Program-made: the position numbers and the translations under genes
Shown: positions 59,955 to 64,000 of the stretch, one piece after another
How positions within the stretch are numbered: the first letter of the stretch is position 1
How the letters are laid out: each line of letters begins with the position of its first letter
Assembly (NCBI GenBank): GCA_973895155.1
Contig: OZ316896.1
Coordinates: 9,259,539-9,323,538, forward strand
DNA: 64,000 bases
From: Marsupella aquatica
Lineage: Eukaryota > Plantae > Marchantiophyta
Reading direction: 5' to 3'
The notes under the pieces: generated by a model
What the model saw: only the letters and a program-made list of their open reading frames with translations
Told to the model about the DNA's origin: nothing
Database searches by the model: none

Positions 59955-62724
59955 CACAATTGTATGGTGCAAACCCTAGTTTAGTGCACATGGATGCTTC
60001 TTCTTGGAAGTCTCCGTGCCACTTAGAGAGAGACTCTATTGAGGTGGAGAAGTGGTGCATTTCTATGAATCCCAAGAGAAGAATTACTTATGACAGCATG
60101 CCCACAGGGAGTGCTAAAGGCCCAACAATGAAGACTTTGGCATTTGGGGCACTCAAAAAACTTAAGGTAATCCTGGTTGGGACCCACTACATTCAAAGGT
60201 GCTCTCCCAGCCTATGCAAGTTTGCCTCTCACATGCCTTACTAAAGGCTAAGGACAGTAGATTGAGATGCATGGATCTTCAACCGCCTCACGTCAGCTCC
60301 ATCATAAAGTCAAGGCATTTAATTGGGCACCAACTAAGGTCAATTGAGTTTTACAGATAGGGGTAGCAGAACAGGTGGAAGGTCGTGTTTTTTCATGACT
60401 AACACAGTATGGATAAGTTCCACCAAACTGTATGTCATCTGCCTATTTCTAGAGTCATGTTCAGCTTGATTGGTGGGAACGCTCTTAGAGCATGCCCACC
60501 GGTTTTCAGGCTTGTGGTATGTAACAGGTAGGTTCTATGTGGGCCACGTTCTTAAATTTGTCTGCTTTTACTCACTGGTGTCCAGCTCTGTGGCTGCCAA
60601 CCCACAAAATGATCAGGGATCATTGCTGATGAATTGCGAAAAACTATAGTTACACTATCGACCAACAATGTACACCAAATCTGAAACAAAAGACCTTGAA
60701 TGTACTCCAAGGACTATTGTCAATCGAGTTGTCAATAGCCACCAAATAATGTTTGTAAGGAAATCTTAAAAAATCATCCATTTCCCCTGCCATTTCCTTC
60801 AAAGCTCTCACGCAAACAAAATAACATTCAATGATGTTGGTCAAAGCCTGATAGGGTCCGGGATAGGGTCTCCTCCTTCTTATCCTCCAGAGTAAAGCCC
60901 AAAAAGTGAATCCAAAAAGACATACCATTTCATATCCAGTCCTAAACTAACTTGATAAAAATCAACCTACAAAATACTAAAGAGCTTAAGTATGAAATTT
61001 GTGAAAAACATTTCTGGATTTATATTTTTCTTATTATTCTGGATTCTGAAAAGTACTAAAATCTTCATGAACTCACTAAGATAGATCTACTCTTTACCAA
61101 ATTTCTGGGAGGGCTACTCACCAGGGTACGTCAGAGGCTCAGGACAAACGACTACTCCACATTGGAGTGTTCATCACCTATAAGTTAGAGTTGGTCAATA
61201 ATATCTTCAAGGATACCAAAAGTATGCTTTACGCTCTCCATTCTTGCTTTTCTATCCAAAAAGTGAAAAATAATTTAACTTTAACTTTTATAACTTAAAC
61301 CCGTGTATCACAAGGACAATAACTAAGTCATTCACTTAGAATTATTACTTCTATTACCTTCATCTCATGATTTCCCACCCAGTTTAGGGCATTGGCAACA
61401 TATTTCATTCATTTGGCAACATATTTCTAGCATTGATATTGCACTTGAGGATTTTGGCAATTTTTTATCCCCATTTGGTAGTGCCAATCCACATCAAACT
61501 TGCCAGGAGTCCATGCCCACTCAGGCCGAGTCTTTGTATTGAAACCCATTGCTTCAAAACCTGCTTTCAAAAAAGTTCCCATGCGGTGAACAACATTGCA
61601 ACAATCCATCCTTGCAGGTCACCTTGAAATTTAACATAAACCCTAAGCAAAAATGTCACCTCACACCTTAGCACAAATGCTTCAAGAAAAACTGAAAATC
61701 CAAACACACCAAGTCAATAATGGGGTCAATAATTGACATACTGCTCTTACAAAGATCAAGACAAAGATCAAATTGTGCAAACCTGCCCCATAGTTGCAAC
61801 ATACCTTGGCAATAAAGTGATGAAAGGAGGGAAGTAGAGTGCAGATGACCTCAAATTGCAATCAATGGGGCAGCATAGCACAATGTACCTTCATATTGCT
61901 ACATGCCACCCTGGTGTATGCAGGTCACAGTAAACTCTTCGTCAAAATGTTGACTTTGGATTACTAACTTCTTTGGCACCTGCGCTATTATATTTGGTCC
62001 TTGCAGGCGCAATTGTCCGGATATGGAGATACGTTGCGTCTTGACATGGAAGGTATGCCACACTCACAAGTTTTGTTGCAAGGAATACAACAATGTTTTG
62101 GGAAGCAAAGTCTTTGATACCTTGTGCTATTCCTCTTTAAGAAAATAGAGTATGACAACATTAGTGGCTGAGTACTTGAAGAGGTACTTTCAAACATGAA
62201 TACTTCAAAGAAATGGTAGCTAGTGACATGAAGTAAGTCCAGATAGTAAGTCCAGATAATAAGTACTATTTACGTACTTCAAGGCAAGAACGGGGGCAAG
62301 AATAAAATGAGTATGGGATTGAGAGTGGCTAGCTACCCCCAACCCCATAAACCCATCTCTGCAATGGCCCCATGGGGCCAACCCCACACTGTGACACTAT
62401 TGAGGGGAGCCTTCAAATCTTTTAGCTATTGTGATTAATTGGCTCAAACGGCTCAAACAACATGGGGAACCTGGCAGGTAGAAAGGTTACAGGTGGGAGC
62501 AAGAGCCCCCTTAATTGTAGAGGCATTACCATGTAGGGCATAGTACCCATTGTAGTAACATATGTCACAAAGTCAAGTTCAATGTTGCACTACAAGGAAA
62601 TCCATGATAGAACCACTTGAGTGAGACTTGCAGGTCTAGTCACGTGACCAAGAGATTGGCTCATGGATTGACAGGTCTTAGGTTCCATTCCCCTCCAAAC
62701 TGTTTGGAGGATACAAGAGTGGGT

Positions 62725-63087
62725 TGTTGAATAATGGACCACTCACAGACAAAGTACACATGTGAAACATCCAACGAGCAAGTAGTCAAAACAAAAGATA
62801 CATGGTTCACGTCTCCAGAGGCCGTGTGCATAGGAGCACTCTAGAGAAGTTTACTTCACTTTAGGTGTGTCGGCCATACCAAATGTCGACTACACATGTT
62901 CTGCCTATCTCTCAAACAACTCAGTCTGTAACAATGAGCCTAAGTTCCACTCACAATCTAACTCCTGCTATGCATATACTAGGCTGAATTCCCGGCTGAA
63001 TTCTAATCTTCATCAAGTACCTGACTATTGTTAGACTAACTATGGTTACATAGACTTAACTCTAGACCCAAGAGTACATGCCTAACA
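62725..63087 (-). mobile_element. Older degenerate Copia solo LTR
   Basis: tgttga...cctaaca ends; shares agatacatggttcac and acaatgagcctaagttccac with the solo LTR at 16513. No matching TSD seen. Confidence 0.7.
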
Positions 63088-63814
63088 ATGTAGTGGGGCA
63101 GGGATATTGGTTTCTCATGTTAGGTTCATGTCTCTTCAATCTCTCCATTCTCTTGATATAGGATGTGTGTTGGGGAGGGCTCCCCGGGTTTGTGTGATCC
63201 CGAGGGACCCATTGAGTGTCATTTGCCCTGTATGTTTGTCCCCATATCCCTATATATGACTAAATACTCATTTGTCATTTCCCGTCTTCATTTGCTCATG
63301 AGACCAAAAAACAAACTTGTGCATGCAGACCAAAGAGAGTTTGGTCACAAAAAATTAATGAACTGAATATACATTTGTGAAATATATATTCCCTCCTATT
63401 GAATGGTCCTTTGCCCAGTCACCCTCCATCTCATGTATATTTCCTACCCCTCTTGACTATCTCTTGTATATGGCATATCTAAGTAATAAGTTATAACCAA
63501 CAGGGACACTTTGGAGCGGGCCTTTGGTCTAGTGGCCTCTAGATCATGACTCTAAGTGCAGGTAAGCGATGAGGCAACATGTCGGGAAGGCAATGGTACG
63601 ATTGAGCAAAGCTTGGGCATTCAAGCTAATCTTCATAAATCAATGTAATAATTTATTTATTTTGACTACCCTGCCCTCCCATACAGGTTTGAGATTTGAG
63701 GTTCCAACACTCCACTCCACTTCACCTACTTCAATAAGTAAACTATAAAGAATTAATCACAGCACAATCCTTGTGGCTTATGGTTAGTTTGCTTGGGTGG
63801 CTTTAGTCCCTTGT

Positions 63815-64000
63815 TTGGTGTTGACAAGACTCTGAACTCACTTTCCAAAAAAAAAACAAAAGCAAAAAAATGTACACACAAGACTCTAGAAACAATCCAA
63901 TTGGTGCTGAAAAGACTCTGGACCCCCTTTCCACAAAACAAAAACAAAAGAATGTGCCCACAAAACTCTAGAAACAATCCAATTGGTGTTGACAAGACTC
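63815..64000. repeat. Short tandem repeat at the window end
   Basis: caa(g/a)actctagaaacaatccaattggtg recurs about 82 bp apart, plus repeated ttggtgttgacaagactc. Confidence 0.65.

Overview
Eukaryotic, intron-containing land-plant nuclear DNA; the gene and transposon repertoire suggests a non-seed plant (inference). Host genes: an L-type lectin receptor kinase with one frameshift (23992-26039), a ~22-exon DRP2-type dynamin (34267-42450) and a 3-exon PPR-SMR gene (minus, 53613-56874). The rest is mostly mobile DNA: two full-length Ty1/Copia elements with LTRs, PBS, PPT and TSDs (3566-10261 minus, decayed; 44471-51182 plus, very young), three related solo LTRs, a CRE-like RLE non-LTR retrotransposon inserted into a satellite (19103-22825), and a CACTA right end (16479). 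The most unusual region is 1-14935, an apparent large decayed DNA transposon. It has a DUF7869/Sola-like DDE transposase facing away from a ParB-like + beta-class N4/N6 DNA-methyltransferase-like gene, followed by an FCP1-type phosphatase gene. In addition, both Copia elements keep an in-frame UGA at the same position between gag and protease and share a non-canonical DCA protease motif, which suggests programmed recoding. All domain calls are by motif recognition, not database search.
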